DNA from: Lama guanicoe
Taxonomy: Eukaryota
NCBI GenBank assembly: GCA_013239625.1
Contig: MU054187.1
Location: forward strand, 17,848,711 to 17,912,710
Reading direction: 5' to 3'
DNA: 64,000 nucleotides
The notes beneath the pieces are model-generated. The model was not told the DNA's origin. It did no database searches and saw only the letters and a program-made list of their open reading frames with translations. Position numbers and translations under genes: made by a program. How positions within the stretch are numbered: position 1 is the first letter of the stretch; each line of letters opens with the position of its first letter. Below are positions 38,443-51,220 of the stretch, in pieces.

Positions 38443-39499
38443 CAAAAGGAGATTTAAGAGAATGATCTTTCTGTTTCTGCATCTGGTTTGTGGATTGTAA
38501 TCATGGAAACGTGGTTATAAATTAGTATAAACACGTTGTTAATAAAACAATGTCTAGCATCTGGCTACAAAACCTTTAATTCTGTTTAAAGAGTTTCACA
38601 AATGGGCAAAGAGGACATGTATTTGTGTGAATGGATATGTCAGCTTTATGTGTTTCTGTTCTTAGATGGCTAGAAAGGAGAGCAAGGGGCAGAGGAGGCA
38701 CTGGAAAGGGGCATATTTTACCATTTTTAGTTTTTATGGACAGCAGAAAATATACATCTCATGGCTGTGGCAGAATGGTCAGTGTCAGGTAAGGAAACAA
38801 TTTGCAAGAATGTCTGATGCCAGGCTAGACTGAATCCTGAAATCTCCATTGATAAATTTTGACTCCAAGCTCAAAGTATCAGTGTGAGTTGAAAGAAGTG
38901 TTTTATTAACACTCAAAAATCTAAATCAAATTAAACAAAGAACTTTAATAGCTAAATCTTATTTGTTCTTTTTTTAAATTGAAGCATACTCAGTTTACAT
39001 GTTATGTTAATTTCTCATGTACAGCATAGTGTCTCAGTTATACATATACATTATTTTTAATATAACATTAGAGAGTGAAGTGGATAAGAGAAATTAGGTA
39101 AAAGTAAAGGAAATATGGACTCAAAATCAGAAGTTCTGGGTTTTAATCTTGGCTTTGTTATTGACTAGAAACCTCCAGCAAATCTTGTAAACCGAGAGGC
39201 CCTAAATTTCCAATTTGAAAACGGCAGCGTGAATTAGACATCTTCTAAAAACTCTTCTAGAACTGAAAAATAATTCTACAAAATGAGTCTTTATTAAGGA
39301 CTCATTTTTAATGTATCAACTGTTAAAATATAAAGATCAAATTTGTTGATGTATTTAATTTTTCAATTTTTAAAGAAAATAGATCTTTAGTTTTTTGACA
39401 ATAAAATTAATACATTTTTTAAAAGCAGTATAGAAAACTAAAAGAGAAGTGGAAAAAAGATGTAATCCCATCTTTCACTGATAACATTTTGATGTCTGG

Positions 39500-41900
39500 A
39501 AGGCATAATAATTGCAATTGTGATTAGAATGTATTATTTTCTTTAAAGTAGTTATTTGCTGATAGAGGAAAGATATATTTAAAAATATTAATTTTATAAC
39601 TGGATGCTTTTGCAAAACTCTCTTAAGTTACTTTTAGTCAATATTTCTGTTTCCTTCGTGCAGAAACAATTGTTATCTGCAAATAAATATCATTTAACAA
39701 ATGTTGAGCCCCTATTATGTAAAGACTCTTTTTAATTATTTATATTTCCTATTCTTAGAAAACATTTAAAAATAATTATTTTGTTATTTCTAGAGCAATA
39801 TTTAGAACAATATGCCATTTCTTGGACAATATTAGTAGTGTTGACAGTAAAAAGTTCTGGCTGTTACTGAAGTTTTTTTTTTTAATCATGTTAAAGATCT
39901 TTATTAAAAAGTTAAGAAAAATGTAAAATAGGTGTTTGATGACTTTTTGGTACCTGTTATAATTGCAGAATATTTTTCCTTCATCTTTTTTGGGAGAAAT
40001 TATATTAACAAGCCTTCTAGTATTAAACCATTCTTACATTCTGGAAAAGAACATCAGTTGGGCAAATAATAGTAGGTTTTCAATCAGCAATAGATTACAA
40101 ATATTAACATTTTACTAACAATTTTTGCTGTTAAATTTGTATTGATATGAGCCTGTGGTTTTATTAGTGCTGTTTTGGCCTGGTTTTGTTTCAAGGTTAA
40201 ATTAACTTTACATAAAGTAAAGTGAAACTTTCCTTCTTTCTCTGGACTCAGTGAAGTAAACTCTTCCTTGAAATCTGAAAGAATCCTCCTGTAACACATT
40301 CTTGGATATTATACAATAGCTTCGTCAGTGCTTTATTTTATTATTGATTTGTTTTGGGAAAATTTGCTTCACTTACAATTTCCCGGGAAAAATTTCTTTC
40401 GAATAGATTTTCAAACTTATAATCATAGGGTTGAATACTTCATATAAATGTAATAACTTCTCTGGGAACTTGAAAACAAGGGGAATTACCTGTAGATAAA
40501 GAGTTTGTAACATTTCATGTATTTATAATTCTCTTAAAGCTATAGTTTCTCTTTAGAAATTCTTCTCTTTCCTGGAGTAAATCTTTTTAGCAAAGAATAT
40601 GCCTAGTCTATGTTTTGCATCCTGTGCTTTCTGCCATATTTTAAAACTATTTTATTGTAAAATAAAATACAAAGAAAACAAAAAAAAGAATGTAGAGATT
40701 AATGAATGCTTACTAAGTGAATAATCCTTTTAAAACCATTTTATTAAGGTATTATTGACACATGAAAAGCTGAATATGCACAATTATTGCATACAAATTC
40801 ATGAGTGTGGGGATAGGTAGACACCCATGAAACTTCAAGGCTTGGAAACTTCAAGACCATAAACGTATCAATTACCTCCCAAAGTTTCTTTCTACCTCCT
40901 TTATCATTATTAGTTTATTTACTTGTCTGTGATAAGAGCACTTAACAGAAGATCTGAGCAAGTTTTAAACATACAATTCAGTATTAGCCATAGGAGATAT
41001 GAAATATATCTTAAGAACTTATCTATCTTACTGAAATAAAATGAATAATCTTGACCATTACTTAGGTCAAGAAATAGAACTTTAGCTGCCATCCCAGAAG
41101 CTCCTTCATTTCCATATCCTTTTTTGTTGTTTTTTGAATTTTATTTTTTATTGAGCTATAACTGATCTATAACATTGTATTTGTCTTAGGGGTACAACAT
41201 AGTGATTTGGAATTTGTATATATTGCAAAATGATTACCACAGTAAGTTTAGTTAATTTCTGTCACCTAACCTAGTTACAATTTTTTTATTCTTGTGATGA
41301 GAACTTTTAGAATCGACTCTCTTAGTAACTTTCAACTATATAATGCAGCATTATTACCTATAATCACTATCCTGTTCATTACATCCCCAGAACTTGTTTA
41401 TCTTATTTTCTGATCTTAATCATGGCTCTTCTCCCTCCTAAAGTACCTACCCGAAATTTTATAATAAGCACTTCCTTGCTTTTCTTTATGATTTTATCAC
41501 AGGAGTGCATGCCCACTTTTAAAATTTTGTATTACTTTTGTTGTTTTTTTAATCTACACATTCTATTTGCCTTTCTTTCCATTATAATAAATATCTTGAA
41601 GAATCTGGCGAATTGGACCTAGAAAACTCTTCACAGATCATCATATTTCTTTGTCTTCCACATTTCCTGTAAATTGGCAGCTGGATCCAGATGCTTGACT
41701 AGACTGTTTTGATTCCCTTGGCAGACCAGAGGTGTGCTGTGTTCTTTCCTTAAGATATGTGATGGGGAAAAGGCACCAGCTTTCACTTCTAGTACGTTGC
41801 GTGAGTTCCAGTCTGTGTGGATTGGTGGTGAGGGCTTGGGGGGTGGATTTTGTGTATGTTCTGCACCGAGTATGAAGGGGGTACCTCCTTGATTCTGTAT
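39500..41900 (-). mobile_element. Cluster of old L1 fragments including two short 3' ends (about 40735-41035 and 41140-41410)
   Basis: T-rich antisense L1 motifs; tattgagctataactgatctataacattgt 3' end. Confidence 0.6.
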
Positions 41901-41923
41901 TGCTTACCTACAAACCAGGCAGG

Positions 41924-42292
41924 TGTTACGGACTGAACACTTGTGTTCCTTCAAAATGCATATGTTGAACTCCCAACGTGGTGGTGTTTAAAACAGAGGT
42001 GGATTTGGGGGGAGGTGGTTAGGTTTCCACGTGGTCATGAGGGTGGGACCCTAGTGATGCAACGAGCACCCTTACGAGGAGAGGAGGAGAGAGCATTCAC
42101 CCCCAGGAAAGGCCATATGAGTGCACAGTGAGAAGGTGGCGTCTGTGAGGCAGGAAGGGAACATTTGTGACACCCACTCTGCCGCACCTGGATCTTGGAT
42201 TTCCAGTTTCCAGACTGCAAGAAAATAAACGTCTGTTGTATCGGCCTCTCAGCCTTGGTATTTGGTTATAGCAGCCCAAGAAAACTAAGACA
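41924..42292 (+). mobile_element. MaLR solo LTR (MLT1A-like), full length
   Basis: tgttacggactgaa start, gatcttggatttccagtttccagactg, aataaa, and ...gcagcccaagaaaactaagaca end. Confidence 0.85.
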
Positions 42293-43014
42293 GAGGTGAG
42301 AAGTCAGGTTGGAGAAAAGCTACAGGGCCTAAGGGCTTTTAGTTTGGTGAGGCCACATTCTTCCCCCTGTTTCTTGGCACGACCATATTTGCATCTGTCA
42401 AAATCGCTCACCCTCGCTTCTGGAGCCTCTAATGGTGGGAATCCCTTCCCCGCTGGCAGGTTGGAGAAACGGGTGACTGTTAAGGAGAGTGGTGTCATTA
42501 AATAGATAACAACCGTGTGCCCAGGAGTGGCGGCTCATTTTTCTGCATTTGCTTAGCCTGGGGCCAGGGATAATCCAGGGCAGAAAGCCGTTTCTTGCGA
42601 GACCTCCTCTGCTTCCGGTCCTGCTCTCCGTTTACTCCCTAGTAGTGAGAATTGGCAGAATTTGCGTTAGTGACTTCTCTGGAAACTGCACATTTTCAGG
42701 AAGGGAAGTTGCTCATCAACCTTTAATGCTTTTCTTCACACTGATTAAAATTTACTGTATTTGGTAGTAATTCCTGCCAAAGATTTCTGAAACAGTATCA
42801 TTGGCAGTATTCACTAGTTTCAGGGCTGATAAACATTCTCTTTCCTGTCTTCTTTGCTTTTTGGTTATATCTGTCAGCTTCCAAGAGGAGGTCTTTGTAA
42901 GGGCTTCTCATCAGACATTGTCCATGTTTTTTTTTCTTTCAAATAAAAATGAGTAAATAAAACATCTAGAAGGCACTTGATTATTTGCACCATGAGACAA
43001 TAAACTTCTTATGC

Positions 43015-43310
43015 AGCAGTTCTCAAAGAATGTTCCTGCGAACGCTGTTCCACAGCATATTAATAGAAGTTACAGGAGAAAAGGTTTTTCATGGTCAAAT
43101 AAATGCTAATAACACAAGTGAAACAAAATTAAACATGATTCTTTACTGAAGGACTTTCAGTACTGTAATATGCAAAAGAGCATCACTGTGAGCGTATAAG
43201 ACAGAATATGCAGTGTTTCTCAGAACTTATTTGAATTAAGTACCTTTTTTTTCCTATAAAGCATCACAGAGAAAAAATAAATTTGTAGAACAGATTCTAT
43301 AAAATACTGG
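43015..43310. mobile_element. Non-autonomous hAT-Charlie-type MER element
   Basis: cagcagttctcaaa start and ...aaatactg end, with inverted internal motif gtcaaataa / ttatttga. Confidence 0.5.
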
Positions 43311-43508
43311 TATAACAACATCATTTCCTAATTATAGGTTGAAGACATGAGAATAAAGGAAAAGTCTTTTGCGTGTGAGTCTTGCAAGCTTAATCGTTAG
43401 ATACACTTAACTCCTCCTCCCTCTCTGCTTTCTCCTTCCTGCTATTCATACAGCAAATGCTTAAATGTTCCTGATGTGCAACACATAACTGCTTACTTGG
43501 CTCATGCC

Positions 43509-43532
43509 TATATATATATATATATATATATA
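43509..43532 (+). repeat. (TA)12 microsatellite
   Basis: Directly visible. Confidence 0.9.
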
Positions 43533-44541
43533 GAACTTTTAATATGAGGGAAATAATGTGTTCATCTCCCACTTTACAGGACTACTGTGAAAACGGAATG
43601 AAACAAATGCATGTAAAGCGCTGTAAAAAAATCCCACTACCCATCGGTGAAACTTATGCACCAACACTTTTCAAATAGCTGATGTGCACACTGACATGTT
43701 GTGCTTCATTGTGGAATATGTCGCAAGCTCCTAATAGTTCCAAGTTTGTGACACTGTATAGTTTTCTTTTTTAAAGACAAAGCAAAGTGTGTTTCATGTT
43801 GTCCTTATAATAACATCATCATCATTCTTTGGTTTCTTAATTGGGAGAGAAAGGGGAAGAGTTCCAGCTAATCTTTTGGGAATTGCCCTGGGGATGGTCG
43901 TTGTCACGTGGCATGTGGGGCACCACATAAGGACTGCCAACAGGAGCAGAAGACCGTGTGCCTTGGAATAATGAGCATCATTTTGGTAAATTAAGAACAC
44001 TTCTCAAAGTGCATGATGCAGTGACTTGAAATGTTGCTGAGACCTGGATTTAAATCACATGAGGCTGGATAGTAGAGAATGAATCACATGATAATGACTG
44101 AATTTAATAGCTCTTGACAGAAGCGTGATTTGAGACAAAGTCAGAAGCTTGTACAAATATTCTTGCGAGCAATATGGGATGAAGGCACCTGCTTGGCTAC
44201 CACAATTTTGCTGCCGGTGAAATATGAATACTTTAACGAGAATTTTTATGTGTACAAGATGATGTTACAAGAAACCATGACATGACTTTGCCACCCTAGG
44301 TTTTTCTTTTTGGGCTAAAGAATTTTGTATAGAGGATGAGTTATAAGCTGCCAGGAACTAACGTTCAGAGCAGATGAAATCAAATCTTACTGGAAAACAG
44401 ATGTTGAGAAGATGCCAGCCTTGGCATTTAAAGGAAAAGGACATAGCAACTTTTCTACTTGGTTGCAACGCAGCAGATTTGGCAGACTGGTTCTGCTCTT
44501 CTACTAGCCTAAAGGCCTATAGCATTGAGAACAAGCGCATT

Positions 44542-45283
44542 GTCTGGAGAGGGTGTAGAGAAAAGGGAACCCTCCTGCACTGTTGGTGGGAATGTAACTT
44601 GGTGTGGCCACTATGGAAAACAGGATGGAGAGTCCTTAAAAACTAAAAATAGACTTAGCATATGATCCAGCAACCCCACTCCTGGACATATATTTGGAGG
44701 AAACTAATTCAAAAAGAATCATGTGCCGCAATGTTCATAGCAGCGCTATTTACAATAGCCAAGACATGGAAACAATCTAAATGTCCACTGACGGATGAAT
44801 GGATAAAGAATATGTGATGGAATGAAATGGAATACTACTCAGCCATAAAAAAAGAATGAAATAATGCCATTTCCAGCAACATGGATGGACCTAGAGATTA
44901 AGTCAGACAGAGAAAGACAAACACTATATGATATCACTTACATGCGGAATCTTAAAAATGACATAAATGAACTCATTTATAAAACAGAAACAGACTCAGA
45001 CATAGAAAACAAACTTATGGTTACCAGAGAGAATGAGGGTAATGGATAAATTGGGATTTTGAGATTTGCAGATATTAACTACTATATATAAAATAGATAA
45101 ACAACAAGGTCCTACTCTATAGCACAGAATTTATAGCATTTATATTCAATATCTTGTAGTAACCTATAATGAAAAAGAAATGAAAAAGAATATATGTGTG
45201 TGTGTGTGTAAGTGAATAACTATGTTGTACACAGGAGACTAACACAACATTGTAAATAGGCTATACTTCAATTTAAAAAAAAA
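44542..45283 (+). mobile_element. L1 3' end (ORF2 C-terminus, 3' UTR, poly-A)
   Basis: [17 protein letters not shown] and [11 protein letters not shown] motifs, ending tatacttcaatttaaaaaaaaaa. Confidence 0.9.
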
Positions 45284-46859
45284 GAACTACAGTATATAAA
45301 ATTGTGGCATGGCACAATCCCTTTGGGGCAGATTTCATCAGCTCACACTCTTCCGCAGACAGCATCAGAGACATGAAGCCAGGTAGATTTTTATTTGCCA
45401 GTTCTCCACACTGAACTACCCCTCATTTATCTTGATTGCTATATATTCTTTTAGATACTGTAAAAATGTAAAAAAGATTTCAGTGTCTTGTTATTCAAGA
45501 TGCCTTTTGGAAAACATGTTGCCAACAAAGCATGGTTTACCTATGTCTACCAAGGGCTACTGATTTTGTAGTTTAGCTAGACATTTGGGGAGCCAAATAT
45601 GCCAATGGACACTTTAGAAGTCAAAGTACTTTGTTCCTAGAAATGGCCTTTGTCATGGTATTCAGCATCTCAGGAAGATTCACAGATCCTATTTAATACA
45701 CAATGTATCTGACGTTACTAATGTATTAATGCAAATGCAAAGCTAATTGCTGTTAATACATAACACACGTGGGCTTTTACAGTTTACAGAATGTTTTTCT
45801 CACACTTGCACTCAGTGTTTTCAGGGCAGAGTGTTTGCAGTTACGTGCTTGATGCAAGTGTCCTAACAGGCACTGGGCTTGTTGAGGCTGTGCTGGGAGC
45901 TGCGGGGTGAGCCAGAGCCGGGCTCCGGGACACTGACCTTGCTTCTGGGGCTGGCTCAGGGGAGGGCAGTCAGGTGGTGATGAATCTGCCTCATTTCTGA
46001 CTGTAAAGTGGTGCATCCTGAGCTCTGTGGTCATATGCATGGGGCGGGTCAGGTGTGATTCACTTCGTGGATAGAAAGTTTGAGCCCAGGTAGCATGTGT
46101 CTTTCCTAGTGACCTTGGTTCAGGCATACAAAGGAAGGGCCTGGAAAGAATGACATTTGGTCCCAGGACTCAGCCACATGACCGAGAGTCCAGGAAAGGC
46201 TTCAAGTCCTAGAGGGAAACCAAGAAAATTGGGTAGAGGAACAGGCAGACTGGGAGTGGTAATTAGCATTTCAAGAGACAATTGGGTTTTATGCTTGTGG
46301 AGATCAGTCTCCAGGCTGGACCCTGGCAAATGCTTCTCGGCGTCACTGTTTAACTCACAGTCCCTCCATCCAGAAGTCACGGTGGCGCCCTATGGGAAAG
46401 TGTCCAGAAGAGAAGACCTGGTCAAATGGAAAGGCAGAGGCTGTATCCATGTACATTGGGCTCTCCCCAGGAGATTTCAGGGTTAAGAAACACATCACTG
46501 AGATGCCTTACTCTGCTTCCTCTCAGGACTGACCAAGAAACTGAAGCTGCATGTAGGGGTCATGGGAGGAGACATCTGAGCGCTTAGTCATGGTAGTGTG
46601 GGGAGGAGACTAGTCCAGAAGCAGCTGGGTCCTTCCCGTCTCTCCTTGCTTTTACTTCTTTCGTCACCATTTCTCTTGCCCGTTGAACCAGCTCGTAGTG
46701 AAGGAAGGAAATGATGACATTTCCTCAGCAAAGACATTGGGCAAGAATTGGAAAGAGGATGGGAAGAAAACCAGGGAGCTGTAATCAAGAGTAAAGGGGG
46801 TGTCCTTTGACTCTTTATGTTGAATTTGCAACTTGACTATCTGGGTCCTTCTAAATAGA

Positions 46860-46970
46860 TTAGTGTTTGGGCCTCACCTTCAAACATTATCAGAGTCATT
46901 GGGTGTGAGACCCAGATATTTTTCAAAGCTCCTCCAGTGATTACAATATGTAGCCAGGGTTGAGATATAA
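46860..46970. mobile_element. MER5-like fragment
   Basis: aagctcctccagtgattacaatatgtagccagggttgaga. Confidence 0.55.
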
Positions 46971-49900
46971 TGACTTCTATCCATAGGCAGTTTCAAGGGG
47001 ATGTAAGAATTATAAATTGGGCACAAGAACCCAGATAGTAGAACGTGGGGAAATCTTCATATACGTATATATACCCTCAGCTATGACATCTATCTGAATT
47101 CTATTGTGAAGTTCTCCCCAGAGTGTGCCATGTGGAATACCAGTTCCATGCAGGGTTTACGGGCTGGTGTTGGCCATGATTTCACACTGTGGTCATGGTG
47201 CATCCTGTGTCCACCCGCTTCACCCATATACACATGTAGGGAGTGGGGTGTTCCAGAATTCTCCTAGCCCCAAGCCTCTTCCTTTCCTTTCATTATTCTC
47301 TCTTTCTTAGATTCTGAACATTAATTCTCCTGTCTCCCCCTCCTCCTCATCTTTTTCTTCTTCATCATCCCAGTCATATAATATGAAACATTCCGCAGCT
47401 CACTTGATTGTAAATGTGTTTTTTCTCCCTCGGAGCATTGCTCTACAAGTGTCCTGGGTGTCATACTTGGGAAGGTAGCATTATGGGCAGAGGCTGAGAG
47501 AAGGGATGAAAATATTCACTTAGAGGGTGGTCCTTGCTGTCTGTGGCTTCCCCCTTAAACATTTGCCAACTTTCCATCTCAGGGGTGGTTCTCTGTCTCC
47601 GTTTAGCTCTTAAATTTATGAATAGCTCTTAAGATTTTTCTCATATTGTTCATTTAATAGCTCAGTGGATTCCTCCAGAAGGCGAGAGGAATCCAACATA
47701 GTGTGACCTGGTGAAGCAGATGTCCTTTCTTCCCCTTTTACTGTTTGCCCTAGAAATGGCCTGGGTTACAAAAAGATGGATGTGTAAACAGACATTCTAC
47801 ATAAACAGATCCCGATTCAGCAGTGAGGGGCAAATATGTTTTCCTCACATGAGAGCGTTTGGTGATTTGGAGGAATGCTCACATTCTTATAGACCTGAAA
47901 AAATGATTTTAGTTTTCCATATTTGAGACCATTTCTCTCTGAAAAAGATTTTTAATTCTTAAATTACAGTAATAAGAATTCATTTCAACAGAGGACAAAA
48001 GAGGAGGGGATGGATGTATCTGCCTTTGTGGTGTCCCTTAGGACACCATGTGAAAAAATAAGCAGGGAGAATTTGGTGAGACTGGAGTGATTAGGAGAAG
48101 GAGGTGTTCTTTAAATTCCTGGAAGATTTTCCAGACATAAGAACCACCGTCTCACTGCCATCTCTACTTCCTGAACACCCACATGTCACCATGTTTAGTG
48201 CTATTTATGTCACTGGTCAAGAAGCCATATTTGATAACTAACCCTGACAATGGCAGGGATTCGATGCTCCCTGTAACTTCAACAGAAGAGAATTTTTAGC
48301 TCCAGGACCCCATAATCCAGTAAGCACTCCACTCTCTAAGGGACACTGACAACAAGGATAACACTTCATCACTGATCGATGGGAAGGAGAAAGGGGCTAA
48401 GGAAGAGCTGAAGAACAAATCTTGTTCTTTTATGAGAACTAGGAAAGAAATCAGTCCTATCAAACAGACTTTCAAATGATGACATCACTAGTAAAGCAAT
48501 TATAGCTTTGCTCTGGGTGAACAGACAGAAAAAATTGGACAAAATCACAAAGTTGTAGGGAAGACATTTTGGCTATAACAATGAAAGTATAATTTGTATT
48601 TTTATGGTTGTTGATATGCAAACGCTTTGGAATTTTTGGTACTGTGTGTGAACCCCAGGATGGTTTGTCATTTTGCATATTGCTATTGAGAATTTTGTTC
48701 ATCTGTGAATTTTATGCATTTTAAAAATTTGCAATTTGCTTTGCCTCCTCTGCTGGTTTTTGCCAGATTGTTTTTAGCTGGGATTGTGGCAATCCACCCA
48801 AGTCAGAGTTGAGTAGAATCCTCCATCACCATCAAGATCCCCATCCCCATCCCCATCCCCTGATGGCTGTCTTATCTTCAGAGGACTTTCATACTCTACA
48901 AGAAGTAATTTTATGTAGATATTACCCTTACTTCTTTTTGTTTGTTACTTTAGCATTACTAATATAAAAATGATATTTTATTTAACCACCAGAGGGAGTC
49001 CCCAAATCTATGGATTCTAAAAGGCAATAAGATTAAAATAAGTAAGTAGGAAATGCTATGTGTTCTATGGTTGACTATCAACAATTCAAGCAGCTGTGTG
49101 TTATGTGGGCTCACATGCTGGGTCTTTTACACATAAGGAGCCTAAAACTTTGATCTACTAGAGATACCATGTCATTTGAATTAACAGTTATTAAATAATA
49201 GGCTATGGGGTTTTTTCCCCTAAGAGAATCAAGTCATCTAAGTTTTTTTTTTCCCCTCAAAAATATTTTGTGGGTGTGGAATTGGAAAGGAAATGATTCA
49301 AATGTTTCCTGTAGGCAGAGCAGGCCACTACCAGGCTGGTTTTCTGCAGGAATGAAGGATCCTGGATCTGCCAGGAAAAAAAAAAATTCCTTTCACATGT
49401 CAAGCATATTATAAGCAAGCCTGGGGGCACACTGGCATTTATTTATTACCTCTGTACCTGATTTTAAACTTCTCAAAGTTTTCTCATGCAGTAACTGCAT
49501 CAGCTCTATTTCATGGCCATGGCAGTTGTACACAGTGGTTAAGCAAACTACCTAAGGCCATGGAGCAGACGAGCGAGAGTCCTGGGATTGGATCCAGGAC
49601 TCCTGACTGCGCCGGTGGGTATATTGCCTTCCACTGCATCCCAAGGCTGGGAGCTGGCCTGCTCCTTCCCGTCACACGTCCTTAAAATCAGGTATTTTAA
49701 TTCTCATTTCTGAGTTGAAGTCAATGATATCTTACCACCATAACTAGGAAGTTGTCTCGATGAAAAAAAATAAACTACAAATACTGAATAAGGGTGAAAT
49801 GTCTTCATTCAGGGTCAGCATTGATGTGTTCTTCCTTCATTACTTCCTTTATCCTCTTATTCTCTCCATGCTGCTTACAAATATATCCAGTGTATCAACA

Positions 49901-50979
49901 ACAGGTTTTAATAGAGACACTGCCTGAAGATGAACATTTTGGACCAAAAAAACCCAAAAAACCCCACTATTCTGCTTGATAGCATAACTCTGCATTTTAA
50001 CTAGGTAATTGAAAACCTATTTGTAAATAAAGTAAAATATTAAATACATAATGTCTTCCCGAAACGCAAGGAAGTAGCAAGGTCTGCAATCCTTGGTGAT
50101 GAGCCAGCCCGTGGACCAGCATTTTCCCAGCTGAGGTCAGTGCCCAGGAAACATGTCACGGTCAGGCCCTGAGATATTCTGGCTCCCTCAGAAACATGGG
50201 ACAGCCTGAGTGCTGTATTCCCCTCCCCTAGTCCTCCACTTGGCCTGCCACACCTTAAAAAGCCACAGGGCTGGTTGCATGCTGGAGTCCTGGGGTCCTC
50301 AACAGCGCACATCCTGTAACCTGCACTGAAATATGCACAAGACTGCTGCCTCCTTAGCTCACCACAGGGGGCAGACGCCGACCGAAAAAGTGTTTAAAGA
50401 AACACATTCCCAAGGACAAGCAGGGAGCTACAAAAATGTAGGAAAAATGAACAGAACAAATTTAAAAATACGTTTTCTGGTGTCACCTTTAATAGCCCAT
50501 CCCATGAAATGGAGCTGATTTTACTTATTTAAAAGAAAACAACTCTTCATTAATGCTGAAGGTGTATGCACTTCAGGTTTGAAGTCAGGGTGATTTAAAA
50601 TTTTTCTGCAGAAACATACTTTTGGATAGTGTTTGGGTTTTTTTTACACTTTGTATTTCAAATTTAATAATTCTATGACTCTGTTTCACTCTGATGTTAT
50701 AATTCCCCAAATGAATAATGCATTCTTAGAAAATGTCCTTCCCAAAGGAGAAAGCCCGAGAACATTCATCTTAACGTCTCTTGCCACTGATTTACACTTT
50801 TTACTTCCTAAAAACCTGAACAAAGATGCATAAGGCATGGCTGTTCTCCATGAGATGAGTTATATGCAAAAATCAAACATCTCAGATCTGAGGAAAGCAT
50901 TATGGAAAAGTATCACACTGCTGGTTATTGCTCTGTACGGACTTTCCTATGTGGCCTTAACTTTCCTTTTTAACATGAC

Positions 50980-51220
50980 AGTGATGAGCATGGACACTGA
51001 AGCCTGACTGCTGGGATCTGAAATTTTGCTTCTTCGCCTAGTAAGTTATCTCAAACACATTATACTTTCTCTGTGCCTCAGTTTTCTCATCTGTGAAATG
51101 GAGACAATAATAGTACTTATCTCATCATGTTGTTCTGAGGATTAAATAAGTTGACATTTGTTAATCATGAATATATATTTAAAAATAGACAGTGCCAGAC
51201 AGTGGTATTTGTTTAAATAA
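50980..51220. mobile_element. MIR SINE
   Basis: ctctgtgcctcagttttctcatctgtgaaatgg core; a second partial MIR lies at about 51350-51460. Confidence 0.8.

Noticed and set aside
40379..40389. Palindromic TTCCCGGGAA STAT-like site
   Set aside because: An isolated motif within an old L1 remnant, with no supporting context.
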